In this document: in pieces, positions 12,950 to 26,619 of the stretch
How positions within the stretch are numbered: position 1 is the first letter of the stretch
How the letters are laid out: the number at the start of each line of letters is the position of its first letter
Assembly (NCBI RefSeq): GCF_004010195.1
Contig: NC_057759.1
Location: 2,969,269-3,033,268 of the forward strand
From: Chiloscyllium plagiosum
Lineage: Eukaryota
Reading direction: 5' to 3'
DNA length: 64,000 nucleotides
Made by a program: the position numbers and the translations under genes
Notes under the pieces: generated by a model
Seen by the model: the letters and a program-made list of their open reading frames with translations, nothing else
Told to the model about the DNA's origin: nothing
The model's database searches: none

Positions 12950-14185
12950 GTCAATTCTGGTCCCTTCCAGTTTATAAGGTAATTTACAGATGATATAGAA
13001 AGTGGACTACTTTTCTTCACATACAGATGATAGCAGACTCGATGGGTTTCTCGGCATTAGGTTTTGCTGGTTTTTGTTAGCTGATTTCCAGCATCTGCAA
13101 TATATTGCATACCCATTCTGCAATACTTACGCTCATTCTGAGTGGAATCTCAAATGGATAGGAATTTGATTACCATTAAGAAGCTTTTGATCTAGCAATG
13201 CTAGTTCAGGATTAATAATTCCATTGCAAAGTGAAGTATACTGTTAGGCACTTAAAGTTTACGTTATGCAGAAGTATAAGAAGTATTGTTAGGCAGTGGA
13301 GTCAACAGTAGCATTAATGCTCATTTGGGAAGGAAACTGCTATTCTTACCTGGGCTGGACTCTAGATCGATGAAAGTATGGTTGACTCTTAGCTGTCTTT
13401 TGAAATTATTGTTACTTGCATTTCATTTTACAAATACGGTGAAAAATGTTGTTTAGTGTTGACACTCTTGACACCATCTTAATACACAGAAAATAAACCA
13501 AAACAAAGAACAAGAAACCAGAAAAATAAAACAATAAGGTTCATATTATAGGGTTTTTTTTTACCATAAATTTAGGTGGCATTTGGAACTGTTCCCTCTT
13601 GGAGTTTAGCAACAGACCTGGATCTGGGCTCCTCCACTGTGATGCCTAGAGTTCCTGCAGCTAAACCAACAATACAGCTGCAACTGCACTTCAACATGCT
13701 GCTGCCCCTGTTACATAGAGGCGCTACTCTGTTGTGTCAATTCGCCTCCACTAATGTTGTCACTGTTATGAGCTCACGCTGGGCCAACCTTGCTAACGCA
13801 GCTGCTGTTGAGTTCACAAGGTCTGCACTTGTATAAAAATTGCCATCTTTGTCATGTTCAGCACCCTGGACTAGCCTTAGGCCTGGAGTCTTATCTCAGG
13901 CTGCGAGCCTGGGCCAGCAGGTTAAGCCTGGGACCTTCTCATTGCTAATCCTCTGGAGTGAGCAATAAATACTGGCCTAGCCGGTGATATCCACATCCTG
14001 AAAATGAAAGCCAAGACTGAATAACAATCAGAAGCTTGATCTGATCACATTGAGTGTTACAGCAGCCTCCATGTGTCAAAACGTGTACTTCTACACGTAA
14101 TTCATATGTTTCGATCCAACTGAGTTGCACGAACATAATTGCATGTAAATGGTCAATCTACATGTTGATCCACAATCAAAGCTAT

Positions 14186-15090
14186 TTATTGTTGTTGACA
14201 TAACTTCCTGTTGAGCGTGAACAGGAATTTGAAACCATTCCTCAACTCCTCTCTGAATTTCCTTTGTGTCAATCCATAAATACAAGTGTTTGTGCAGGAA
14301 CTAAGAAGCTGCAACATAAAACCAAACTGTTGCATAATATATATGGGAGTGCTGTAATATTTGTCTTTGTAAAAAGTATTTACCACTGGCCATTTGATTG
14401 AATGCACAACATATACCATCCACAATATTATAAAATTAGCAGAAATAGTGAAAAGCAAAATCATAGATTTTCTGCGATTCTTGATCTCTGAATCATTCTG
14501 ACACTCAGTGCTTTTCAGAAGTATCTTACGGACTTGATTTGCTGTTAATATATGTCTGACAGTTAAAGTACTGAAAGACAAAATAAACAGGATTGGTAAT
14601 AGTGGTGTTATGGCGCTGTCAATACATTCAAATGCTGCCCATAAAGGCGAGGTGAGATAATCATGCGTCTGAACGCAATGCCACTGCACATTATCAATGA
14701 TAAAAGCTGGTGCAAACATAAAATAAAAGGGGATGGTCCTCAGGCAGCTCAACACAAATACAGTGAGAACAACCACAATTGCATTTCTCCTCGTGCAGTA
14801 TTTTGACTTAAACTTCTGAAAGCAAATTGCAACAAAGCGATCGAAAGTGAATACCACAGTAAACCATACAGAACAATCAACACATACAATATAGGTGACA
14901 AGGTTTACAGTGCACACTGGCATTAGAAAAAGGAAACTAATGGACATATGCATGATATTAATCCTGTATAATATCACATGGAGTACAACCACAGCAAGGT
15001 CCACGAGTGCCATTGCCAGAAGGTATGTAGTAATGCATTTGGAGAGACCACACTTGCCTCGTGCTAAGATCACAATTGCTGATAAATTAA
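14186..15090 (-). CDS. GPCR-1 coding exon 2: class A GPCR, GPR139/GPR142-like (TM1 end to C-terminus)
   Basis: Uninterrupted ORF with a 7TM pattern: VNLSAIVIL (TM1), LAMALVDL (TM2), TFDRFVAIC (DRY-like), ITPLLP (TM5), CTNTCIY (NPxxY variant), KFREEL (helix 8). Acceptor tttcttacag|TT at 15091. TAA stop at 14186-14188. Confidence 0.93.
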
Positions 15091-16137
15091 CTGTAAGAAA
15101 AAAGAAATGCAAAAATTACTCTGAGGGCATCATAGACTCTTTTGTTCTTTCAAAGAATCATCTGAATTAGCTTAATGGATTAAACTATGATATTTCTAGC
15201 TCTACTTGCAATATAAAATTGAATTTGGATATATTTCATGATCGTGTTGATGACTGGAACAAATTAACAGAGACAATTATTTAAATTTAAGTATGAATTG
15301 TATCAACAATTTTCATGATCAAAATAGAAGCGTGCAGCAATTTCAGTACATAGAACATATCAAGATCCCTTTATGTGCAAAAGGTCTGTGAAATGGTACT
15401 GTTCTTTTTGGTTATACTCCATGCATCTAGAAATGTTGCATTACTTTGCAAAGCTCATTGTATGTTAAACAAAATCCAGAATGATCTTCTGAGTGTTACA
15501 GCTCACAATGAGGTTAAATTTGCTGTTTTTGTGACAATGCACCTTTTACAAGCAAGATATTCACAGCTATAGATTCGATATCAACTGATCCGCATTTCAC
15601 ATAATGTGGAGTGCCATTTGAACATTTGAGCATGAACGTATCTGGAGCAACTAGAAATAGGAAATGTGCCTGCAGGCTTACATACATTTTCAATCAAGTG
15701 TTGTATAATCAAAATATTTCCACATATCTGAGTTCCTGATTTTCTGAAAGAGCATGACTTTATACTGCAAACGGGTTGACGACATTCAGATCAAAGAATG
15801 AAGTTAAATTTCACAATCGCTGACAGCTACCAGAAAGATCATTACAGCTAAGAGGAACGACCGAGTAACTTGAAGTAAAAAACGGATTGAAATAAGACAT
15901 TATGTGTCATAAAAAAAGCCTTAAACTACACATGCAACCCAACGAGTGACAGTTGGTCATTCCTTAATCTTAATTATTTCTGATCTCTCATATTGCAGGG
16001 ACAGTTTCCACCGAAACAGCATTGAACGTTGAAAATAAAGAACAAATGTTTTTGACACTGATATAACAGGACAGAAAAAATGAATACAAGGTAAACAATT
16101 ACTTTGCAACTTTTCTTGCCTTGCTTCAATAACTAAC

Positions 16138-16207
16138 CTGGAATACCAACTGCTGCCAGAACGGGATAGTAAATTAGCTCTATCTGATAAATTACAGGAT
16201 ATACCAT
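16138..16207 (-). CDS. GPCR-1 coding exon 1 (MVYPVIYQIELIYYPVLAAVGIP)
   Basis: ATG at 16207, 23 codons + 1 nt, donor CCAG|GTTAGT. Phase 1 joins exon 2 in frame (G+TT=Val), giving 324 aa with a complete TM1 (YYPVLAAVGIPVNL). Not in the ORF track in this frame. Confidence 0.88.
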
Positions 16208-16325
16208 GCCTCCACCTTGCAGAAATATTTTCGTTCTGCAAAATATTGTAATCTCGAACTGGAGAATATCGAAACATACACAGATACACTTTATAAATTG
16301 AATAGTTATACTTAAATGAGACCTT

Positions 16326-16333
16326 ATTTTATA
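16326..16333 (-). promoter_or_regulatory. Candidate TATA box of GPCR-1
   Basis: TATAAAAT on the minus strand about 120 nt upstream of the ATG. Motif only. Confidence 0.35.
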
Positions 16334-16439
16334 GAATTTGATAGCAGGTGTTAGTTATGGTCCAATAATTCATGTAATGAACTACCTATACTCTGTAGAT
16401 TCGAGTGTGATGTAATATAAGTGCAATATCTCAGCCTTA

Positions 16440-17280
16440 GATATACGCAAGGACTCTGACCCCCCACGCAAATCCCTTTGGCAAGGAGTTCCACAGACAC
16501 TCAACCCTCTGAGAGAAGAAATTCCTCCTCGACTCAGTCATCAATTCGCGCCTCTTTACTCTGAGACTGTTCCTTCAGGTCGTAGACCCAATAATGAGAA
16601 GGAAACATCCTCTCAACATTGACTCTGTCAAGCAGTTTAAAGGATAATATGACCATCAGGTATTGGACCTGAATTAGGCCATTTAGCCCATCCAGCATAC
16701 CCCACTATTCGGTCATGGCTGATATATTTCTCAACCCCATTCCATGTATCCCTCATCCCCTTACCAATCAAGAACCTATCTATATGCAATCAATTTTAAA
16801 GATATTTCACGACGTCTGCAGCAATCAGTTCCACAGATTCACCACCGTCTAACTGAAGAAATCCTCATCTCAGTTCTAAATTGTGGTCTTTTCATTCTGA
16901 GACTGTGCCCTCTGGTTCCAGTCTCTCATACTTGTGCAAACACCCCCATGGCCGCGGTATCCAGGCCTGTTATCATTGCCTAAGTTCAATCAGATCCCCT
17001 GCCTGATTCTTCTGAACTCCACGAAGTATAAACCCAGAGTCCTCATTTGCTTCTCAAATGAAAAGGCCTTCATCCCAGATTTGTTCTTGTGGACCCCCTC
17101 CAAGGCAGCACATCTTTCTTCAGATACAGGGCCCATAACCGCTCAAAATATTACAGATGTAGTCTGACCAGAATCTTAAGAAGCCACAGCAGTACATCCT
17201 TGCTTTTGTATTCTAACACTCCAAATGAAAGCTAACGTTGCATTTGCCTTCCTAACTACCAACTGAACCTATTTGTTAAG
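16440..17280 (-). mobile_element. CR1 LINE 3' fragments
   Basis: Homologous to 59280-60000. Confidence 0.7.
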
Positions 17281-19205
17281 CTATGTGTTTCAGATTTCTG
17301 TCTGTTCTCTCTATACAGGTAGTGTCACACCTGCTGTGTTTCTTTCATATTCTCTGTTATTGATTCTGATATTCAACAACCTGCAGGTCTTTTAAAAAAA
17401 TTATTGGCTTTGCCCATCATGTTTGAGACATTTCAACATTGCATTATTGTATTATATCCCTCAGGCCGAAATCAACAACTAATTGTTCAGAGATGAGAAC
17501 GTTACATGGTTAGTTTTAATCTGATATTTGACATTGTATATACAGTTATATATTAATACATCGTTATTTCGAGTATTTGTTCCTTATTGATTTTTATGTC
17601 TTGAATTCACATCATATCGGGAACACTTTTGAGCCAATATATGTCTTTATTTTCAGGACTGCACCCTCTGCAGTTCAAAGTATGCACAGCAAAGACATTG
17701 ATGGCATTTGTCAGTATACCACTAATGTTGTTGACAGATTATAACATTTTTCTTTGTGATTCTGAAAGTCATACACGTATACATGGCTTTAGTGGAGAAA
17801 TTCTAAACAATATTCCTGTTCACAGTATGATTGTACACTTTCTGTAAAGACAGAGCCACAACACTTGAAACAAGCATTGAAAAGAACTTTGATGCTGGTG
17901 TGGTGGATACTGCTGAGATCAAACAGCGAAAGAAAACAACACCAGAAAGTGCAGGAGAAACTCAGTATGTCTGGTAGCATCTGTGGAGAAAGAGAGTCTG
18001 TTAATGTTTCTATTCCAGTGACCCTTCTTCAGAACGGCTATCTAAAAGGTTGGCAGCAAAACACAATACACTACATTTGGGACACTGTATATACCATGCT
18101 GGAGACTCCCTTAAATGAAGTCCAACATATCATGTAGAAGCAACCATTTGAGATGATACCATTGCATTCAACTTTATCCAATTGTATCCTAAAATAAGTC
18201 AGAAATGTAATTGACAGAGCTATAACCCATTATTACAGCCTGATTTTCTAATACTGTGTTAGTGTGTTGGAGAAAAGAACTATCTCATTGAAAAGACCCA
18301 GTATCCTGGAATGAGTACTGTGTGGTGCCTTTTCCTCTCCATAAAAAAGAGAAAATCTGTGTACGTCATGTTGCTTTTCAGTCTCCATCGGGAAACTGGC
18401 TTGCACTGATTGGATAAAGATGCAGCTTATAGACCATGTTTGGAACTTGCACAGAATCCTTGATTGGACACATTCCATATGACAATAAGAAATAGAAACA
18501 GTAGTCGACCATTTGACCTCTCGAGCATACTCCACCATTCAATAGGATCGTGGTTGATCTGACATCCCTCAAATTCACTTTTCATGCAACCCTTGATTCT
18601 CAGATCAAAATGCCATCTGTCTCAGCCCTAAGTATACACAATGACTCCACCCACACACTCATTGCTCTGTGGCAAGGACAAAGACACTCAACATTCCGAG
18701 TGGTGAAATTCTTTTTCATCTCAGTCATACTCGCCCTTTGGGGGAATATTCTCTCAGCATTGAACCCATAAAGCCCATATTTGTTTCAATAAGAATACCA
18801 TCTCCACTGTTCTAAACTCCAGCGAATCGCATGCCAATCTGTTTAACTCAAAAGACAGTCCATCCGTCCCAGTGATCATTCTGGTCGACAGGTTATAGAT
18901 CCAATATTATTTGTCATCATTTAATAGACTGCAGGCGAGATAAGGGTGGTTTGCCCTAATGGCTGTGTGCCACACTGCTTGAGGACTCTCCTTCTCATAC
19001 CTCCCTCCTGTGAGCTGTGGTTGAACCACCGGAAGTCTGTTTCCAAAGTAAGAGTGGGGCTGCGGTTTCTTAAAACATTTTGAGTTTGTGTTTCAATCGC
19101 CGCCAAGTTTTAGTACACAGAAACAATTGCCAAAAGTAGATGCTGAGTCTCACTGCTTAAAGAAGTGCAGAGAAAATCTCAATTTCTGCCCTTCTTTTAT
19201 CCCAG

Positions 19206-20703
19206 GTGACAACGTCAATTTGATCTATCACATCATGACGGTTAGCAAGCGATTTTTAATCAAACTCAAATCACTTATTCCCTTGTAATGCAAAGCCTGA
19301 ACAGATTCTTTTGTAGAGAGAACAACCTCGGATACAGAATATGCTTGGAAGGTGAGGAACATGAGGGCAAGTATGGATTAATTAACAGAAAGAGTGACAT
19401 GGAGAAGGTTGCAGAAATTAAACGCAAAAACAGGGACATATGGGCAGATGGTGGCGAGATTGGGGGTAACGGCAATGAAATACAGAGGTAGAGGCAAACA
19501 TAGGAACCACATTGAGAAGTGAAGCAGACATAAAGTCGTAGAACATGGAAACAGACCCGCCATGGACCCTTCGTCCATGCCGGAGAATTTTCCGAAACTG
19601 AACTAGTTTCATTGATCTGTGTTTAATCCATACACCTCTAAATCTTGCCTATTTATGCACCAGTCCAAATGTATTTTAAATGTTGTAATTGTAACCAACT
19701 CTACCCGAATCCTCTGGCACCTCATCCCATATATGAACCAACCTCTTCTGGAAAATGTTGCTCCTCAGCTCCATTTTAAATCTTTCCCCTCTCACATTAC
19801 TTGCTGCCCTATACTTTGGACTCTCCAAAACTGGGGAAAAACGTTGGCCATTCTCCTCATCTATAACCCTCATGATTTTATAAAACACTATAAGTTTACC
19901 CCTCAGCCTCCGATGCTCCAGGGGAAAATGCCCAGTCTCTCCAGCCTCTGCTTGTAACTCAACCCTCTAATCCCAGTAACATCCTTTTTCCGCACCCTTT
20001 CTTGTTTAATAACAACTTTCCTATCGCAGTGCGATCAGAATTAAATGCAATATTCGAAAAAAATGCCTTATCAATGTCTTGTACAGCTGCAACATGACGT
20101 TCCAATTCAATGCTTTGTCAAATGAAGGCAATCGTGACAAATACGATCACCACCATGTCTACCTGCAATGTCACTTACAGGGAGCTATGTGCACCCCTAA
20201 GTCCCTCTCGTTGACAACACTTGACAAGAATGTACCATTAACTGTCTACGTCTTACCCCTAGTCTGCATTACCAAAATGCAACACCCTGCATTTAAAATC
20301 CATCTGCCATTCCTTGGCCCAGTTGTCCATCTTGGATAATCTTCTTCACAAATACTGCTAATTTTGCAATCGCAAACATACTAAGCATACCGTCTGTATT
20401 CTCATCCAAATTGAGAGACTGAAATGACAAAATAAAAAAAGAGTGTGGGATTGGTGAGAAAAATGTTGACAGGAAGCAAGAGGTTATGATAGACAGACAA
20501 TAAAAGCAAAACTTTCGAGAATGCGAACAATACAGATGTCATCGTATACTCGACAAAAAACAACACTTTCCATGTTGCTCAATGTGGAGGGCAAGCATTA
20601 CGATATGCACGACGACCAATGTGAGGGGTTAACTTACGCTGCCTTGACCATGGATGGTTTGAATCAAAGTCAATATGCCTCAGTCATCAGAGAAGAGACG
20701 TGA
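19206..20703 (+). pseudogene. Cytoplasmic-tail exons (19206-19240, 19317-19351, 20583-20703) of an ITIM-bearing receptor relic
   Basis: Two 35-nt AG/GT exons plus a terminal exon (acceptor reads AA) splice phase-compatibly (1-0-2) to GDNVNLIYHIMT-REQPRIQNMLG-S-VEGKHYDMHDDQCEGLTYAALTMDGLNQSQYASVIREET*. LTYAAL and SQYASV fit the ITIM consensus. Confidence 0.55.
19535..20420 (-). mobile_element. CR1 LINE 3' fragment
   Basis: FYKIMRVID..VRGERFK..FQKRLVHIWDEVPE. Confidence 0.75.
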
Positions 20704-21399
20704 AAACGTTACTTTTGCACCTCAACTCCACTGCACCATTGAAGTTTGCTTCTGCTATGTTGCTTGCTGAAGCTCAAAAGGTGAATTAATTCAACCCCAC
20801 CATTTCCCCTCTCAGTCAACTCATGTGGTGGAAATTTGCTCCTGCTTCCCTGAATCTCAATGTCAATTCGGAGCATTGTCAGGATTACAAATACAGCAAA
20901 CATTTCCCACTGAAGCCCTTTAGAGACCATTCAAAGGATAGGCCATGCTAGAGTACGAGAGAGATATTATTGAGATATTCATTTCTAATTAAAGAGTTGT
21001 TCGTGAACGTTTTATTATCAATCTTTTAAAAAGTCAAATCGATTCTAACAAAGTCCAATGTTGCGAAGATTTATGTATGCCAGATGATTGGGGAACTATT
21101 AAACACCAGAAAAGGTGAAAGCATGTAGATACTCAAGATATATACGGTAAAACAGACTAATGTCATCCTAAGCAAATATATAAATAAATAAAAGAGGTTA
21201 GAATGTCAGAGAATAAAAGTAGCTCATTCAAGTGGCTAATCTGTCAACTAACTTCATAGACCTACCTTTGGCGCCTCACTCCTTAAGATGTCTAGTTAAC
21301 AAAGAAGTATCTGTCTCCGATTTTAATCAAATAATTCATCCAGCATCCAATGTAGCTTGCGGAAGACAGTTTCATATCTCTCCCACACTTATTATGATG

Positions 21400-21715
21400 C
21401 GTACTTTCGATCCACTATTAATCCAGGGACCCAGGTAATATTCTGGGGTGCGAAGTTCAAATCTCCCGTGGCAGAGAGCGGAATTTGAATTCAGAGATAA
21501 CCTGGAATTAAGAGTGTAATCGTGATCATGAAACTGATGCAGATTGTCAGGAAAAATCGATCTGGTTCATCAAAGCCTTGAGAGACGAAAATCTATTGTC
21601 CTTTTTGGTATGGCCTACACGTGAACCCAGAACAACAGGGATGTGGTTGACAATGAGCTGCGAAGCCGAATGACCCTTCCACAGAACTCGAAGTATCTCG
21701 TAATGGGGAATGGAG
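21400..21715 (+). mobile_element. Deu-domain (SacSINE1-like) SINE
   Basis: Shares ggcctacacgtga..ccaga..atgtggttgac core and tRNA-like head with 54660-55140. Confidence 0.55.
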
Positions 21716-23389
21716 ATTGTGAAAAATAAATGGAGACAGTTCCCAGAAAGAGAGAAAAGGGCGTGGGCAGACAAACGGCTGATTAGTAGGAAACCAGAGA
21801 AGAGGAGAGGCTGGAGAAGGAGGAGGTAATAATGGATTGGCAGTGCTGAAGATAACTCATGCAGGCATTGCGGGTGGGGTTTAACATTTCCTGTCAACAA
21901 CTGTTAACATTCCATTGCTTTCCTCGTTAATTTATTTGGCACTGTCTTTATTTCTACCGTTCTGAAGAAGGAGTACTCGACTGGAAATGTTAACTCTGCT
22001 TTCGATCTCCACAGACGCTGCCAGACCTGCAGAGGTTCCTCAGTACTTTTTGATTTTGGAACAGTTTTCTGGCAGCCACAGCTCCTTGCCTTATTTTAGC
22101 ATCTCCACGTCTCTGTCTCTCTCTCCCCCCCCCCCCCCCGCCCAATGCCCAAACCGTTATTTAGGAATCAGAAAAGAATGGAAGACAGGAGTAGACCATT
22201 TAGTCCCTTGAACCTTCTACCATTCAATGAGATTTTGGCTGATCTGTAGCATAACTCCATATTGGAAATGTCTAACAAAAATGTATCTCTCTGAATGAAA
22301 ACGAATAACTGATCCAGCATCCTCTGCTGTTTGTGGAAGAGATTTCCAAACCTACACTACCATTTGTGTGGAGAAGTGCTACCTAACATCTCTCCTGAAT
22401 GGTCTGGAACTCATTCTCAGACTATGTTCTCCCTACTTCACGAATCTCCAAGCAATTGAAATAATTTCGAATAATCCATTCGTTTTTTTTTCTTGTTAAT
22501 ATCGTGATGACTTCAAACAGATCATCCCTTAACTTTCGATATTCTAGAGATAATATACACAATTTCTATAATCTCTCCTCATACCTAAAACTCTGAAGTT
22601 CAAGAAACGTTCGTGTGGACCTATGTTCTACTTCCAACACCCTCGCCCGCACCCCCAAACCAATCTGTCCTTCACAAGGAGTGTTGTCCAGATCTGCTCA
22701 AAGTGGATTCCAACCAGGGTGTTGTATAACTACAGCATAACTTCCTCAGCCTTGTATTATAGTACTCTCAATATAAAGGCCAGCATTCCGTTACCAGTCT
22801 TGACTATTTTGTTCCATGTGAATGATGATTGGGTATCTATGTCTTTATCAGACTGAGAAGCTGTACAAAGTAGCCACAAGGATCAGTACTGAATACAATT
22901 AACGTTATGAGCTGGATAAATGAACGTTGTACGTTGTAGCAAAAAGCTTTGTTCTTTACAAACTTGGTGGAAGCAACTAATTGCGGGCAGTTCACAAAGT
23001 TGGATCAATAAGTTGAAAATAGATTAAGTAAATGGGTAAGAAAATAACAGATTTAAAATGTGGAAAATGGGAGTACTCAATAAGACAGTAAAAATGAGCC
23101 ATCAGATATGATTTGGATGGGGTGTTAACTGAGATTTATTTCCATTCATGGAATCTAAATGTCACTGGATGGACTAAGAGTTATTGCCTGTCTCTAAATT
23201 CCCAGAGATAAGTTAAAAATCACTGTTCGTTATGTTTACTTTAGCAATCGAAAGTGATAGGAATATATCGCAGGGCAAGAGTTACCGCTGGGGAAAAAGC
23301 GATTATGGTACGATTAGGCGATATTTAGGATGTATTGGATGGGGAAGGAAACTGGAAGGGATGTGCATGATTGAAATGTGGAGTTTATT

Positions 23390-25865
23390 GACGAATGATC
23401 ATCATCAGCAAAAGCCTCACTTTTATCACCCTCTGTCCACACATCAATGAATTTAATACACGCTGTGACATTGAACACTTCTTCCATCGCCTCCACCTCC
23501 GTGCTCACTTTTACAATCAAGATTCCTGCCCACCTTCCGAGGACCCCTTCGCCCACCTCCAACACACTCCATCAACCTGGACACCCCACGCTGGCTATTA
23601 CCTACCCTTGATCTCTGCCAACAGCCACCGAGATATTAACTGCCTCAACCTGTCTACACCGCCCCCCCAACTCCAACCTCTCACCGTCACAACGCGCAGT
23701 CCTCCACTCCCTCTGCTCCAATCCCAACCTCACCATCAAACCAGCAGATAAAGAGATAAAGTGGTAGTTTGGCGCACTGACCTCTACACCGCGGAAGCCA
23801 GACGCCAACTCAAAGACACCTCCTCCTACCTCCCCCTCGATCATGACCCCACTCCCCATCACAAAATCATCATTTCCCAGACCATACAGAACCTCATCAC
23901 CTCAGGAGATCACCCACCCACAGCTTCCAACCCCATAGTCCGGGAACCTCGCACCGCCTGATCCTATCTCCTTCCCAAAATCTCCAAGCCTGACCACCCT
24001 GGCCGACCCATTGTCTCAGCCTGTTCCTGCCCCACTGAACTCATCTCCACCTACCTTGACACTATCCTATCCCCCCTAGAACTCCCCACATACGTTAGGG
24101 ACACCAAGCACGCCCTGCACCTCCTACAAGACTTCTGTTTCTCCGGCCCCCAACGCCTCACCTTCACCATGGATATGCAATCGCTCTACACCTCCATCCA
24201 CAATGACCAGGGCTTCAAAGCCCTCTGTTTCTTCCTCTCCCGACGTCTCCAACAGTACCCTTACACCGACACTCTCATTCGTTTGGCTGAACTTGTCCTC
24301 ACCTTAACAATTTTTCCTTTAAATCCTTCCACTTCCTCCAGACCAAAGGGGTAGCCATGGGCACCCGCGTGGTCCCCAGCTATGCCTGTCTCTTTGTTGG
24401 CTACGTTGAATAGTCCATCTCCTGTAGTTACACCGGCACCACTCCTATCTCTTCCTCTGCTGCATTGATGATTGCATTGGGACCACCTCGTACTCCCACG
24501 AGGAGGTTGAACAATTCATCAACTTCAGCAACACATTCCATCTCGACCTTAAATTCACCTGGACCTTCTCTGACACCTCCCTACCCTTCGTGGACCTCTC
24601 CATCTCCATTAATGACTACCGACTTGACAGTAACATTTGTTTACAAACTCACTGACTCCAACAGCTACCTGGATTAAACCTCTTCCCACCCTACCTCTTG
24701 CAAAAATGCCATCCCGTATTCCCGATTCCTCCGCCTCCACCGTATCTGCTCCCAGGAGGACCAGTTCCCCCACAGAACACACCAGATGGCCTCCTTCTTT
24801 AAAGACTGCAATTTCCCTTTCCACATGGTTAAAGATGCCCTCCAACGCACCTCGTCCACATCCCGCACCTCCGCCCTCAGACCCCACCCCTCCAACCGTA
24901 ACAAGGACAGACGCTCCGATGCTCATCTTCCACCCTACCAACCTTTGCATTAACCACAAAATCTGACGACATTTCCACCACCTCCACACGGACCCAAGGA
25001 TATATTTCCTTCCCCACTCATTTCCACTTTCTGCAAAGACCTTTCCCTCTGTGACTACCTGGTTAGGTTCACGCCCCCGTACAAACCACCCTCCCATCCT
25101 GGCACCTTCCCATGCCACAGCAGGAATTGCAAAACCTGCGCCCACACCTCCTCCATCACCTCATCCAAGGCCCCAAAGGAGACTTCCACATCCATCAAAG
25201 TTTCACCTGCACATCCACCCATATCATTTATTGTATCCATTGCTCCCGATGTGGTCTCCTCTACATTGGGGAGGCTGGATGCCTCCTCGCAGCGCGCTTC
25301 AGGGGACATCTCCGGGACACCCGCAACAATCAATCCCACTGCCCTGTGGCCCAACATTTCAACTGCCCCTCCCACTTTGTCGAGGACATGCAGGTCCTGA
25401 GATTCTTCCACCGCTGCTCCCTCATCACTCGATGCCTGGAGGAAGAACGCTTCATCTTCCACCTCAGGACACTTCGACCCCATGGCATCAATGTGGATTT
25501 CATCAGTTTCCTCATTTCCCCTTCCTCCACCTCACCCCCAGCTCCAACCTTCCAGCTCAGCACCGCCCTCATGACTTGTCCTACCTGCCTATCTTCCTTT
25601 CCACCAATCCATCCCACCCTCCTCTCTGACCTATCACCTCCATCTCCACCCCCATTCACCTATTGTACTCCATGCTACGTTCTTCCCATCCCCACCCCCT
25701 CTCATTTATCTATCCACTTTTCAGGCACTCTGCCTGTATTCCCGATGAAGGGCTTTTGCCCGAGCATCGATTTTCCTGCTTTTCAGACCCTGGCTGACCT
25801 TCTGTGCTTTTCCAGCACCACTCTAATCCAGACTCTGGTTTCCAGCATCTGCAATCCTTGTTTTG
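23390..25865 (+). mobile_element. Penelope-like retroelement (RT + GIY-YIG), frameshifted
   Basis: IKPADK, PGRPIVS, MDMQSLYTSI, GVAMGTR, CIDD; GIY-YIG IIYCIHCSRCGLLYIGE; hammerhead-like 3' repeat. Confidence 0.92.
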
Positions 25866-26436
25866 ACCTTTTACAATGAACAGCTAATGTGTGTCCTTGA
25901 TAAGTATGTACCTGTAAGACAGGGAGAAAGTGGTCGAGCGAGGGAGCTGTGGTTTACTAAAGAAGTTGAATCTCATGTCAAGAGAAAGATGAAGGCTTAT
26001 GTAAGGATGAGACGTAAAGGCGCAGTCAGGGCACTTGAGGGTTACAATTTAGCCAGGAGTGATCTAAAAAGAGAACTCAGAAGAGCCAGGAGGAGACACG
26101 AGAAGCCGTTGGTAGCTAGGAACAAGGAAAACCCTGAAGTTTTCATAGGTAAGTCAGGAATAAAAGGATGACTAGAGTAAGATTAGGGCCAATCAAGGAC
26201 AGTAGTGGGAAGTTATGTGTAGAGTCAGAGGAGATTGGAGAAGCGCTAAGTGAATATTTTTCGTCAGTATTCACAATGGAAAAAGACACTTTTGTCGAGG
26301 AGAAAATTGAGATACAGGCTACTGAATTAGACGGGGTTGAGTTTCACAGGCAGCGAAGAAGGCCAAATGGTATGTTGGTCTTCACTGGAGAGGTTTCAAG
26401 TACAGGAGCAGGGGTGTGTTGTTGAAATTATACAGG

Positions 26437-26619
26437 GGAGAAAGTGAGATCTGCAGATGCTGGAGATCAGAGCTGAAAATGTGTTGCTGGAACAGCGCAG
26501 CAGGTCAGGCAGCATCCAGGGAACAGGAGAATGACGTTTCAGGCTTCCTGAAGAAGGGCTTATGCCCGAAACATCGATTCTCCTGTTCCCTGCTGCGCTG
26601 TTCCAGCAACACATTTTCA
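26437..26619. mobile_element. Miniature inverted Penelope-end element with 13-bp target-site duplication
   Basis: gaaattatacagg flanks both sides (26424-26436 and 26620-26632). Internal inverted arms. Confidence 0.8.

Noticed and set aside
15091..15112. ORF-track N-terminus MHFFFLT of GPCR-1 (and MFSLLI at 37137-37155)
   Set aside because: These are intronic polypyrimidine tracts read from non-ATG starts; the real N-termini come from spliced exons.
16217..16241. 8-bp hairpin just upstream of the GPCR-1 ATG
   Set aside because: Short AT-rich stem that could arise by chance; no supporting evidence.
17657..17679. 23-nt micro-exon candidate for the ITIM receptor relic
   Set aside because: Phase does not fit the next exon at 19206.
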